From Fibrobacteria bacterium (GTDB lineage Bacteria > Fibrobacterota > Fibrobacteria > UBA11236), in contig JANYDA010000052.1 of NCBI GenBank assembly GCA_025360005.1, positions 58,457 to 122,456 of the forward strand: a stretch of DNA of 64,000 nt. Direction: 5' to 3'. Every line of letters begins with the position of its first letter. Position 1 is the stretch's first letter. Below the pieces are notes generated by a model. The model was given only the letters and a program-made list of their open reading frames with translations, was not told the origin of the DNA and ran no database searches. Positions 9,106-18,394 of this stretch are shown here, one piece after another. The position numbers and the translations under genes are program-made.

Positions 9106-10773
9106 TCAAGGGCGGTCCGGTTCCGATTCCGATTTTTCCAAAATTAACCGAAGCGAAGTGGTTTCACTCGGAACGATTTTAAAGGTGGAATGCAAGGGGC
9201 GGCAACCTTCCCGCACCAGGATCAGTTCATGGACACCGTCTTCCATCTGTATGGGCGATTTGGTGGGAGTGGTTCCCGCTTCTTTACCCTCCACGAACAA
9301 CTTGGCGAAGGGAGGATTGGACTTGACGATCAGGTAGCCTTGCGAGGAGGGTTTCCCAACTTTAGTCCCCTCCGGTCCCCCAGGGTTGCCTACCTGGGGA
9401 TTGTTCTCCACGGCAGCATGCTCCAAATCCGGTCCTGGTTGAATCGGCCTCGGTTGAGAATCTGGCTTACGATACCCAGGTTTTCGTTCGGGATTAAAAG
9501 AGCGGCCGGGTTGGTTTGCCGCAAATTTAAACTGGGAAACTGTCCCGACGGTTGCAGGGCTTAAATCGGCTGTCGGCAGGGAACGCGACGGAGCGAAGGA
9601 TTGGTTGGGTAACTCGGGCGTCACTGGGAAAATTGTAATGGGGGCTTGAGTTCTATGACCCCATTGTCCCGCCACGCCTGCTAGTACGGCCAGGCAAGCC
9701 AATCCCCCTACCAATATTTTTTTCCGGAAACGCAACCGCAATTTTTTCAATAGGTCTTCCGCTTCCAAACGAATTTTTTCCGGCTCCGCACAGAAGGTTT
9801 CCGCCAGAGCATAGCCTTTCAAGGCCTCGCGCGGCTTGGCATGGCCTCGCACAAGCCTTGCGTGGTCCAGGAAGTGATCGGATATCTCTCGCTCCTCTTT
9901 TTCGCGGTATATGGCGGCATCCGCAAGGAAAGCCGCCAGCCTCCGCGGTTCAAAAAGAAATCCGAGCCCGCGCGCCAGGGCCTCCAATTCCGCCAGGCAT
10001 TCCCGAGCGTTAGGGCGCGCTTGCGGATCTTTGGCCAGCATGGATTCTATGAGCTCCGGCAGCCCGGGCAAAATCTTCCGGTTCAGGCTTGTAGGCTTGG
10101 CGGGAGTCCTTTCCATGATGGCCCGCAGTACGGAATGGGGCGTATCCCCCTCAAAGGGAAGCCTTCCGGCAAGGCATCGATAGAAAAGGATCCCCATGGA
10201 AAAAATATCAGTTCTATCGGTCGCCTCGCGCCCGTCGGCTTGTTCAGGCGCCGAATATCCCGGGGTTCCCAGGAAGGATCCGGTGCGGGTGATGGACGTT
10301 TCCCCTGAAAGGAATGCGATACCGAAATCGGCAATGCGGACGCAACCTTTCTTGTCGAGGAGCACGTTGGAGGGTTTGATATCGCGGTGGTAGATGCCGC
10401 GGTCATGAGCGGAGGCCAGACCTTGCAGTAACTGTTGGAACAAGGACAACGATGCCAGGTTTGGAAGCGTGACGGCTTCGCCCTTCAACAAGGTGTCAAG
10501 GTTCACGCCGTCGATATATTCCATAGCCAGGAAAAGATTTCGTTCCTGATTTCCGTACTCGAACACCTTGATGATATTTTCGTGGGACAGCGCTGCGATA
10601 GCGACCGCCTCCTTGGCGAACCTTTTGACCATGTCCGCATGGTTATGCAAGTGCGGATGCAGTTTCTTAAGGGCAACCTTGCGGCGCAGAACATTGTCCT
10701 GAGCCAGATAGACCGTGGCCGTAGAACCGGAGGCGATTTCCTCCAAAATCGTATATCGCTCCGGATTGAGCAT
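9106..10773 (-). CDS. Hanks-type Ser/Thr protein kinase with TM helix and C-terminal PEGA domain
   Basis: VALKKL, HRDIKPSN, DFG, GTPGYSAPE, TDIFSMG. TM KKILVGGLACLAVLAGVAG, Pro-rich linker, PEGA GYLIVKSNPPFAKLFVEG..GTTP. ATG 10773 preferred. Confidence 0.92.
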   Translation of the reverse strand: MLNPERYTILEEIASGSTATVYLAQDNVLRRKVALKKLHPHLHNHADMVKRFAKEAVAIAALSHENIIKVFEYGNQERNLFLAMEYIDGVNLDTLLKGEAVTLPNLASLSLFQQLLQGLASAHDRGIYHRDIKPSNVLLDKKGCVRIADFGIAFLSGETSITRTGSFLGTPGYSAPEQADGREATDRTDIFSMGILFYRCLAGRLPFEGDTPHSVLRAIMERTPAKPTSLNRKILPGLPELIESMLAKDPQARPNARECLAELEALARGLGFLFEPRRLAAFLADAAIYREKEEREISDHFLDHARLVRGHAKPREALKGYALAETFCAEPEKIRLEAEDLLKKLRLRFRKKILVGGLACLAVLAGVAGQWGHRTQAPITIFPVTPELPNQSFAPSRSLPTADLSPATVGTVSQFKFAANQPGRSFNPERKPGYRKPDSQPRPIQPGPDLEHAAVENNPQVGNPGGPEGTKVGKPSSQGYLIVKSNPPFAKLFVEGKEAGTTPTKSPIQMEDGVHELILVREGCRPLHSTFKIVPSETTSLRLILEKSESEPDRP

Positions 10774-10995
10774 TCCGCTTTCGGCTCGAGAGCGGCTGGG
10801 GCAGATGGAGTTCCGGCCCGCCGCGGTCACAGGCGATAGGAAATATAACAGGAAAGTTTACCGGAGTTTTCCTCTTTCTCAAAGATGGGTCGATTGAGTC
10901 CTGGTAAGAAATCTCGTCCAGATGTCAGGACGGTTGTCAATCCGCAGCGGTGACCGCCTTTTGGAGATGCCGCTGCTACTTGGGTATGCTATTTC

Positions 10996-11832
10996 TTAGG
11001 GCGTTCCCTTCCAGATATTCCCAGCGGAATTAATGGCGATGGTAAAACCATTGCCCCGATCTATTTCGGTGGCGAGGCCGTTGTCGCAAAGGTCCCATGT
11101 AGATCCGGTCCATTTGTAAATCTTGCTTGACCCCTCGGTAATCCAAACTTGGCCATCCGGTCCAGCGCCAATGCCATATGCTTTAATCGATCCCCGTTTG
11201 ATCCAAGAACCCCCTGTCAACTGATAGATATCGTTTTGTCCGTTGATGATCCAAGGGTTTCCGCCGTTATCCACGGTGATCCGCATCCCAAAGGCGCCGG
11301 AAGAAACCTTCCACAGACCGTTTACGAGTTGTAAGACCTCATATCCGTATGTTCTATCGAAGACACCGCCCACTGCCCAGACTTGTCCATTACCGGCGCC
11401 AATGTCCTGTATCGTTGCTGTGCCGAACGCGTTTGAAAAAGCGTTGTAAAGCACCCAATTCATTCCGACTGAATTTGCTTTGAATGCGTTGCCGGCGCTG
11501 TTTACGACCCAGACATTCCCATTGTTTTCTACTTCAACCCGAACGCCACGCCCAATGGAGGCGGATGGTGTCCATGCTGGAGAAGGAGAACTCAAATCAT
11601 AATATTGGACCGCTTGGTCTCCCGGACCCGCATCGATTCTCCAGATTTTGCTCGCGGAACTCGCAGCGATTTCTTTGCCAGCTCCCGGAAGTTGGACCCA
11701 ATTCAAGCCCGACATTGCCCCATAGGATAGCTCGTTTTTTTGAGGGCCCACAGTTTGTTCCGATTGGAGGCATCCTCCGAACAAAAGCGATCCAACCGTC
11801 ACGATGGGAATAAGTAGCACTTGCTTCTTCAT
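10996..11832 (-). CDS. Tectonin-like six-bladed beta-propeller lectin lipoprotein (copy 1)
   Basis: Lipobox FGGC; six repeats such as IQDIGAGNGQVWAVG and RITVDNGGNPWIIN. AGGAG RBS favours ATG 11832. Confidence 0.8.
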   Translation of the reverse strand: MKKQVLLIPIVTVGSLLFGGCLQSEQTVGPQKNELSYGAMSGLNWVQLPGAGKEIAASSASKIWRIDAGPGDQAVQYYDLSSPSPAWTPSASIGRGVRVEVENNGNVWVVNSAGNAFKANSVGMNWVLYNAFSNAFGTATIQDIGAGNGQVWAVGGVFDRTYGYEVLQLVNGLWKVSSGAFGMRITVDNGGNPWIINGQNDIYQLTGGSWIKRGSIKAYGIGAGPDGQVWITEGSSKIYKWTGSTWDLCDNGLATEIDRGNGFTIAINSAGNIWKGTP

Positions 11833-11900
11833 TTTCATCTCCTAAGTATTGGCTATAATTTTCTCTGGGAATTCCGGGATATAGACCGAATAGCAAGCAA

Positions 11901-11917
11901 TGCAAGTTGCGAGCCAA
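11901..11917 (-). promoter_or_regulatory. sigma54 -24/-12 promoter of tectonin copy 1
   Basis: Minus strand TTGGCTCGCAACTTGCA (GG-N10-GC). Confidence 0.8.
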
Positions 11918-12182
11918 TTCCAAAGGGCGGTTAATCGCAGCGTGTTTTAGAATTTAAAGGACGAGAATCGGTTGAGAATCCCTTAGTAGGGATTCTGATC
12001 CCAATTTCAAAACAGGGTAAGAATAATGGTTTCAAAAAATGATATCGCGATCATGTTGGTTTGGGCTAAGGTCAACAAAATTCTGGTTATATAAAATCAT
12101 GACTTTCTTTGAAATAGTTTGGCCCACTTATTGTAAGAGAAGCTCCCAAGACACTTCCATTTCCTAAATCCAAGGAGTTTAT

Positions 12183-12260
12183 GTGAAAATCTTTTCTTAT
12201 TGCCTTGAATCCTGTTTGATTTTTCTGACCGCGTCCATTCTGGACCTGAAAAGGCAGTGA
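12183..12260 (+). pseudogene. Remnant 5' end of an astacin-lipoprotein paralogue
   Basis: AAGGAG-GTG ORF MKIFSYCLESCLIFLTASILDLKRQ* aligns at nucleotide level with the astacin signal region 13618-13695. Its promoter copy (12120-12135, TGGCCCACTTATTGTA) has GT in place of the -12 GC. Confidence 0.55.
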
Positions 12261-12359
12261 AAAATATTGCGGGACCGATGTTAACGCCATGGCCGGCTAT
12301 ATCTGCGGTTTTCTAGTTTTCGACGCTCTTGGGACTACAGATCTGCTCATCCAAGCTAA

Positions 12360-12384
12360 GTCACCAGAGGATCCGTCTGGTGAC
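12360..12384. terminator. Hairpin downstream of tectonin copy 2
   Basis: GTCACCAGA-N7-TCTGGTGAC perfect 9-bp stem; no clear U-tract. Confidence 0.4.
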
Positions 12385-12433
12385 CTAGATTCAAACAGCG
12401 GTCGCATCCAATGGGTTCAAGGACCCGAAATCC

Positions 12434-13264
12434 TCAGGGCGTTCCTTTCCAAATCTGGTTCGCGGAGTTGATGGCAATAGTGAATCCATTCCCTCGATCG
12501 ATCTCGGTCGCGAGGCCATTGTCGCAAAGATCCCAGGTGGATCCAGTCCACTTGTAGATTCTGCTGGAAGGAATCGGCCCAGAAATCCAAACTTGCCCAT
12601 CGGGCCCGGCGCCTATACCGTATGCCTTGATGGTTCCCCTCTTAACCCAGTTGCCACCGGTAAGCTGGAAGACATCGCTCTGGAGGTTGATGACCCATGG
12701 AGCTCCGTTCTTGTCCACCGTGACGCGCATCGCTCGCGCTGCGGAAGACCACCATTTGCCATTTACCAGGTTGAAAACCTCGTAGCCGTAGGTGGCGTCG
12801 TAACTGCCACCGACTGCCCATACCTGGTTATTGCCGCCTGCGCCTATATCGCGTATGGTGATCGTTCCGCTGGGATCCTGCGTATTGTATTTGACCCAGT
12901 TGTTTCCGTTGACGTCCGCTTTCCAGGCATCGCCGAGGCTGTTCACGGCCCAGACGCTTCCTCCATTCTCAACCTCTATCCGCACTCCCGATCCGATGCT
13001 GGGCTGGATCCAGGCGGAGGTAGAGGGATCCCAGTACTGGACTTTTTGATCCCCGCTACCCGCATTGATTTTCCAGATCCTGCCAGACGAACTGACGGCG
13101 ATTTCCTTCCCGGTCCCGGGAAGCTGCGTCCAATTCAATCCCGAAAGGGCTCCGTAACTAAGGTCATTTTTTTGGGGCCCGGTCGTCTGCTCGGGTTGCA
13201 GACAGCCTCCCAGAAAAAGCGATCCAACTGCCACTAGAGGAATTAACCAAACTTGTTTCTGCAT
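12434..13264 (-). CDS. Tectonin-like beta-propeller lectin lipoprotein (copy 2)
   Basis: Lipobox LGGC; close paralogue of 10996..11832 (identical C-terminal block IYKWTGSTWDLCDNGLATEIDRGNGFTIAINSA). Confidence 0.8.
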   Translation of the reverse strand: MQKQVWLIPLVAVGSLFLGGCLQPEQTTGPQKNDLSYGALSGLNWTQLPGTGKEIAVSSSGRIWKINAGSGDQKVQYWDPSTSAWIQPSIGSGVRIEVENGGSVWAVNSLGDAWKADVNGNNWVKYNTQDPSGTITIRDIGAGGNNQVWAVGGSYDATYGYEVFNLVNGKWWSSAARAMRVTVDKNGAPWVINLQSDVFQLTGGNWVKRGTIKAYGIGAGPDGQVWISGPIPSSRIYKWTGSTWDLCDNGLATEIDRGNGFTIAINSANQIWKGTP

Positions 13265-13332
13265 TTCGTCTCCTAAATTTTGGCCTTTATTTTCTCAGGT
13301 GATTCCGAGATCTAGACCGACTATGCAAGCAA

Positions 13333-13349
13333 TGCAATACGCGAGCCAA
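13333..13349 (-). promoter_or_regulatory. sigma54 -24/-12 promoter of tectonin copy 2
   Basis: Minus strand TTGGCTCGCGTATTGCA (GG-N10-GC). Confidence 0.8.
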
Positions 13350-13553
13350 ATACAAATGTGGCCGTTTGATGCGCGTTTTTAGAATTCAAAGGGCGAAAGT
13401 CGGTTGAAAATAGCCCGGGATTGAGATTCCAATCCCAATTTTAGGACTGAGCAGAAACAAGGATTTTCAAAAATGGTATTGCGACCCTGTGGACTTGGGA
13501 AAATTTCAACAAAAACCTGGCCGTATGAAATCCATTCTTTCTTCAAAAAAGAA

Positions 13554-13569
13554 TGGCCCACTTATCGCA
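13554..13569 (+). promoter_or_regulatory. sigma54 -24/-12 promoter of astacin gene
   Basis: TGGCCCACTTATCGCA: GG at 13555-56, GC at 13567-68. Confidence 0.55.
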
Positions 13570-13617
13570 AGAGAAATCCACCAAGGCATTTCAATCCCTT
13601 TTCCCTACGGAGTTTAC

Positions 13618-15168
13618 ACGGAAATTTTTTTCTTTTCCCTTCAGTCCGGTTCGGTTTTTTTGATCTTGGCTATTTTGGGTTGCCAAGGCACTGAACCTAC
13701 TGCAATGGTGGATATACCTACCGGGAAGGAATCAACCACCAACGAAAATGCAGGTGGCAATTTAAAGAGCGGTATACTCAAAAGTGGCTGCTTGTTGGGT
13801 GAACCCATTGCATACAAGGAAATTGACGGTGACGCGGTTTTTATGGGAGACATGATCCTAAGCCCGGAGCAATTACGTTGCCCGGACACAACGGCGAAGC
13901 CTACCGGCGCAGCCCGCAGCGCTGTTGGCGCAAGGTGGCCCTACAACAAAGTTTATTACAACTTTGCTCCCGGTTTTTCAGGTCAAGATATCGTAATGAA
14001 TGCTATTTCCCAATGGGAGTCCCACACAAAGATCCGCTTCCTAGTTCGGCAAAATGAGCAAAATTGGATCACCTTCTCGGACGATGGTTCGGATTGTAAG
14101 TCATTCGTCGGGATGCAAGGGGGAAATCAAACCGTGAAGCTTCCTGGATGCAGCACTGGAAATACAATCCATGAAATTGGGCACGCTTTAGGACTGTATC
14201 ACGAGCAAATGAGAGCGGCACGGGACAATGACATCATTATGCATCCTGAAAACGCTGACCCAGCCAGTGCCGTTAATTTCAAAACATATCTCCAACTTTC
14301 AAAGGATGGTTTCGACCAAGGACCTTTTGATTTCGGATCTATCATGCTATATGGTTCCTATTTCTATTCAAAAAACGGATTACCCACTATGACAAAAAAG
14401 GATGGCAGTACGTTTGGGAGCCAAAGGACCGCCCCCTCAGCGGGTGATATCTCCCTGATAAACTTTCTCTATCCCCAACCTTGGAATCTGTTGCCGGGGC
14501 AGGCCCGAGATATCGGTGTAGGAGCGAATGGCACGGCATGGATCATCGGCTCTACTAAGGTGGGTTCAGCGGGGGATTATAATATCGCACGATGGACGGG
14601 ATCCGGATGGATTACCGTTGGAGGTGGTGGAGTAAGGATAGACGTGGACCCAGCAGGGAATCCATGGGTGGTGAATGCAAGCCATGGTATTTATTACTGG
14701 AATGGAACATCCTTTTTACATATGCCCGGCAATGCAAATGATATCGGTATAGGTGCTGACGGATCCGTCTTTATTATTAGTAATACATTATATTCTAACA
14801 AAAAGGATTTCTACATTCAAAAATGGAATGGCTCTTCTTGGGTGACTTTGCCCGGTGCCGGGGTTCGCATCTCAGCCGATCAATCGGGCCATCCTTGGGT
14901 GGTAAATTCGAGTGGTACCATTTATGCATGGAGCGGCTCTAGCTGGGTCCTGCAACCAGGAATGGCATCGGACATAGGAATTGGTACCGAAGGGTCCGTC
15001 TTCATCACGTCAACGACGGCTATTCCTGGTACACACGATTACTATTTTGAAAAGCAAAGCACTTATGGATGGGTTTTAACTGGCGGGGCAGGCGTTAGCA
15101 TTGACGCGGGTCCCGGAGGCGTACCCTGGGGAACCAATTCTAGCTTATCCGTTTATAACCAACTTTGA
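13618..15168 (+). CDS. Astacin-family (M12A) zinc metalloprotease lipoprotein with C-terminal tectonin propeller
   Basis: HEIGHALGLYH (HExxHxxGxxH), Met-turn SIMLY, prodomain GDMIL, six tectonin blades, lipobox ILGC. Start uncertain (ACG 13618, ATG 13525, GTG 13489). Confidence 0.85.
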   Translation, partial: TEIFFFSLQSGSVFLILAILGCQGTEPTAMVDIPTGKESTTNENAGGNLKSGILKSGCLLGEPIAYKEIDGDAVFMGDMILSPEQLRCPDTTAKPTGAARSAVGARWPYNKVYYNFAPGFSGQDIVMNAISQWESHTKIRFLVRQNEQNWITFSDDGSDCKSFVGMQGGNQTVKLPGCSTGNTIHEIGHALGLYHEQMRAARDNDIIMHPENADPASAVNFKTYLQLSKDGFDQGPFDFGSIMLYGSYFYSKNGLPTMTKKDGSTFGSQRTAPSAGDISLINFLYPQPWNLLPGQARDIGVGANGTAWIIGSTKVGSAGDYNIARWTGSGWITVGGGGVRIDVDPAGNPWVVNASHGIYYWNGTSFLHMPGNANDIGIGADGSVFIISNTLYSNKKDFYIQKWNGSSWVTLPGAGVRISADQSGHPWVVNSSGTIYAWSGSSWVLQPGMASDIGIGTEGSVFITSTTAIPGTHDYYFEKQSTYGWVLTGGAGVSIDAGPGGVPWGTNSSLSVYNQL

Positions 15169-15231
15169 GAAAAGGTGATTCGTTGTTGGGAGGTATCGAA
15201 CACAAAGTTCAAGCGGATTTCCATGGGACTT

Positions 15232-16131
15232 TTAAGCCTGAATCTCCCACCTAAAGTCCCGCCCGATGATCTGGTTCCGGGTGTGGTGGGAAATCGACGT
15301 CGCCGACTCTTCATAAATGAGGACATCCCGCAACGCCTCCGGCAACCCTTCCACGTCGGCCTCGTTGGAAACGTAGGGGCGGGATTCGCGCATCTCCGGC
15401 GCATAGCCGTAGCTGTAATTCCCGGTTTGTTCCATGTGGAACTTGGCCGCTTCCCATAAGCCTTGCGGAGTCCCGAAATCGAACCACGCCGCCTCGTGGC
15501 TGTAATTGGCCACGCCGATGGTATGCCCAGCGCGCAGCGCCGCGTTCCAATAAGGCTTGATGTCCTCGCATCCCGGCTTGACGAAATCCAGGAAGGCCTT
15601 TTCGTATACCGCGATGCCCGCGAAGGTGAGCCGCGCCAGTTCGCCGGGCGCGGTCGCATAGCCCCCGAAACCGTGCACGCCCAGCAGCTTGCCGTCCGCG
15701 TGCACGCTCAAGGTATTGTGAACCGGGCGGAAGATCCCCGCCAAGGTGGCGATATCGCCGGAGGCTTGGTGGCGCGCCTTCAGATCCTTGAGATCGATGG
15801 TGTGGATGAGATCGCCGTTATGCACCAGGAAGCGATCGGTGGTCTCCAGGATATGCCGGGCATTGTCCAGGCAACCGCCCGTGCCCAGGATCCGGGGTTC
15901 GTACAGGATGTTCATGCCCAGCCTTTGGGCGGGTTTTTCCATCTCCGCATAGAGATGATGGGTGTTGCAAAGGATGCGGTTGGGGAACAGGGGCTGGGCG
16001 CGGCGGAAATTTATTTCCAGCGCGCTGCGGCCCTGGAAGGTGATGGCCGGCTTGGGAATGCGATCGGTGAGAGGACGCAGGCGCTTGCCGTAGCCGGCGC
16101 ACAGGAAGAAGGCGGATAGGGTACCAGGCAT
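15232..16131 (-). CDS. Sugar-phosphate nucleotidyltransferase (MurU-like)
   Basis: CAGYGKRLRPLTDRIPKP, EPRILGTGG, HNGD, WFDFGTP; directly downstream of namZ. Confidence 0.8.
   Translation of the reverse strand: MPGTLSAFFLCAGYGKRLRPLTDRIPKPAITFQGRSALEINFRRAQPLFPNRILCNTHHLYAEMEKPAQRLGMNILYEPRILGTGGCLDNARHILETTDRFLVHNGDLIHTIDLKDLKARHQASGDIATLAGIFRPVHNTLSVHADGKLLGVHGFGGYATAPGELARLTFAGIAVYEKAFLDFVKPGCEDIKPYWNAALRAGHTIGVANYSHEAAWFDFGTPQGLWEAAKFHMEQTGNYSYGYAPEMRESRPYVSNEADVEGLPEALRDVLIYEESATSISHHTRNQIIGRDFRWEIQA
15428..15443. promoter_or_regulatory. Possible degenerate parS site
   Basis: TGTTCCATGTGGAACT, two differences from the palindrome TGTTCCACGTGGAACA. Confidence 0.4.
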
Positions 16132-16151
16132 GTTACGTCAGTTCCGGGGAA

Positions 16152-17264
16152 TCAGGGGATGGTGGGAAAAGCGCCCGTTACCGGCCCGCCGATCAGGATC
16201 TCGATGGGAAGTTTTTTGTGTTCGTATTCATAGGGCGGTTGTTTCCATTGGAACTGCGTCGGATACTCGCGCCGCACCAGGTTGAGCATCTCCACCGCGC
16301 TGCGATAGGGGAGGAAAACCTTGCGGTCGGTGACGTGGAATTGGGCCCCACCGCATAGCTTGCCCTGGAACTTGTGGAAGGTGGGCTGGAAATAAGCTTC
16401 CCGGAAGAACACGCCCGGCAATCCCAGCCGGTTTAGCTTGGCGGTGAAATCGCGCGCGTCTTTAATGTATTCCGCGCCGAACAACTCGAAGGGCTTGGTG
16501 GTGCCGCGCCCTTCGGACATATTGGTGGCCTCCAGCAGGCACATGCCGGGATAGACCACGGCCGTGTCCACGGTGGGCATATTGGGGGAGGGCAGCACCC
16601 AAGGCAGGCCGGTTTCCTCGAAATACATCTCCGGTTCCCAACCCTCCATCTCCAGAACGGTAAGGCCGCATTTGGGGAAGGCTTCCTTTTGGAATTGTCG
16701 CGCCAATTGGCCGATGGTCTTGCCATGGCGCACGGGAATGGGATGCAGACCGACGAAGGATTTATATTCGGGATCGAGAACAGGACCTTCCACCGTCACG
16801 CCGTCGATGGGATTGGGTCGCTCCAACACCACCACATGCAGACCGGCCTTTTCCGCCGCCTTCATGCACAGGTACATCGTCCAGATGAAAGTGTAATAGC
16901 GGGCGCCCACGTCCTGCATGTCGATGAGGATGGCGTCCAGCCCGGCCAGCATTTCCGGCGTGGGTTCGCGATGCTCGCCATAAAGACTGGAGACCGGGAT
17001 GCCCCATTGCGGATGCAGGAATCCTTGCCATTCGATCATGTTGTCCTGGGTTTGCCCCAGGTAACCATGCTGCGGTCCGAACAAGGCTTTCAACTGGAAG
17101 AGATCGCCGTCGTGCGACTTCAAGACATCGCTGGCATGGGCCAGGGAGGCGGAAACGGAGGCGGGATGCAGCACGGCGCCGATCCGGGCGTTTTTAAGCG
17201 CGCGCGGCCAAATTTTGGCCAGCCTATCAAGCGGGAGCGAGACCGGTTTTTTGCTATTTTTCAT
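16152..17264 (-). CDS. namZ: Exo-beta-N-acetylmuramidase NamZ (DUF1343)
   Basis: LFGPQHG, SLYG, DMQDVGARYYTF, RPNP, WVLPSPNMPT, SEGRGTTKPFE. Confidence 0.88.
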   Translation of the reverse strand: MKNSKKPVSLPLDRLAKIWPRALKNARIGAVLHPASVSASLAHASDVLKSHDGDLFQLKALFGPQHGYLGQTQDNMIEWQGFLHPQWGIPVSSLYGEHREPTPEMLAGLDAILIDMQDVGARYYTFIWTMYLCMKAAEKAGLHVVVLERPNPIDGVTVEGPVLDPEYKSFVGLHPIPVRHGKTIGQLARQFQKEAFPKCGLTVLEMEGWEPEMYFEETGLPWVLPSPNMPTVDTAVVYPGMCLLEATNMSEGRGTTKPFELFGAEYIKDARDFTAKLNRLGLPGVFFREAYFQPTFHKFQGKLCGGAQFHVTDRKVFLPYRSAVEMLNLVRREYPTQFQWKQPPYEYEHKKLPIEILIGGPVTGAFPTIP

Positions 17265-17408
17265 CTTACCCAATCCGATGCGACGGGTGCTTTCCCACGC
17301 ATGGCGAATGCTAAATAAAGTAATTCACCGCACCGGACGGGACGGTTAAATTCAACTTCACGTATAGCGCCCCGGGGACTCACCCTCCCCGGGAGAAATG
17401 AGGACAAA

Positions 17409-17918
17409 ATGGGATCACTGAACAAAGCCACCTTGATCGGAAACCTGGGCAAGGATCCGGAAGTGCGGGCCATCCCCTCCGGCGCCAAGGTCGCCAACTT
17501 TTCCATCGCCACCACCGAGAGCTACACCGGCAAGGACGGCAACAAGGTCGATAAGACCGAGTGGCACAATATCGTGATGTGGCGCGGCCTGGCCGAGGTC
17601 GCGGAGAAATACCTGCGCAAGGGTTCCCAGGTGTACATCGAAGGGCGCCTGCAGACGCGCTCATGGGACGATCAGAACGGGCAAAAGCGGTACACTACGG
17701 AAATCGTGGCGGATAACATGGTCATGCTGGGACGACCCGGCAATGGTGGAGGCGGCGCTCCCCGCGAAGGCGGCGACAATTTTTCCCAGCAACGCGAACA
17801 GCCCGCCATGAACCCGGGCCGCGCTACCGGAGGCTCCTCCAGCTTCGGCGGCGGCGCCGGCAATTACGGAGCGCCCTCGTCCTTGCCGCCCCAGGCGGAG
17901 GATGATCTACCGTTCTAA
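17409..17918 (+). CDS. ssb: Single-stranded DNA-binding protein
   Basis: [32 protein letters not shown]-terminal EDDLPF. Confidence 0.97.
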   Translation: MGSLNKATLIGNLGKDPEVRAIPSGAKVANFSIATTESYTGKDGNKVDKTEWHNIVMWRGLAEVAEKYLRKGSQVYIEGRLQTRSWDDQNGQKRYTTEIVADNMVMLGRPGNGGGGAPREGGDNFSQQREQPAMNPGRATGGSSSFGGGAGNYGAPSSLPPQAEDDLPF

Positions 17919-18394
17919 GGTTCAGGGGCGGTTTGCCGCCCCAAGCTGAAATCGATGTCCGGCTTTTAAATACCCGATGGCGCCCCCAAGTCGGCGCTAT
18001 CATTCCTACGATACCCAACCGCCCCATTTTCGTCGATATGGTTTTTGAACGGGGTATGACCGATCCGATCGTATCGTAGCGCACCACATCGACGAAAACC
18101 GCCGGGTCGCTTTCTTCAAAAGCGTTTTTCAAAGCGGAGACGGTTTTATGGATAGGCGCTCTCCTTGAATCGCGAGATCGATATCGGAGGCTTCCCGATG
18201 GGCTCCCAGAGCGCGCGAACCCTATTCCGCCCCTCCATTCGCGGGCTCCCCGTTGGCAGTATTTGGATTGTCTGGCCAATGGAGTTAGTAAAACCAGTTG
18301 GTAAAAACGCGATTTTCCATGGGAACGGACCGGCTTTGCCAAAGGGTTTGCGGCCGCTCTTCCCCCCGCCACAGGGCTATGGTAGAATGGACCC

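Noticed and set aside
7180-10815. Additional GG-N10-GC spacings at 7180-7193 and 10801-10814 (minus strand)
   Set aside because: Flanking bases do not match TGGCAC/TTGC; expected by chance in GC-rich DNA.
17919-18394. 475-nt gap after ssb as a possible ncRNA or riboswitch
   Set aside because: Only a GGGGCGG/CCGCCCC hairpin at about 17926-17942 is evident; no recognisable RNA family motif.
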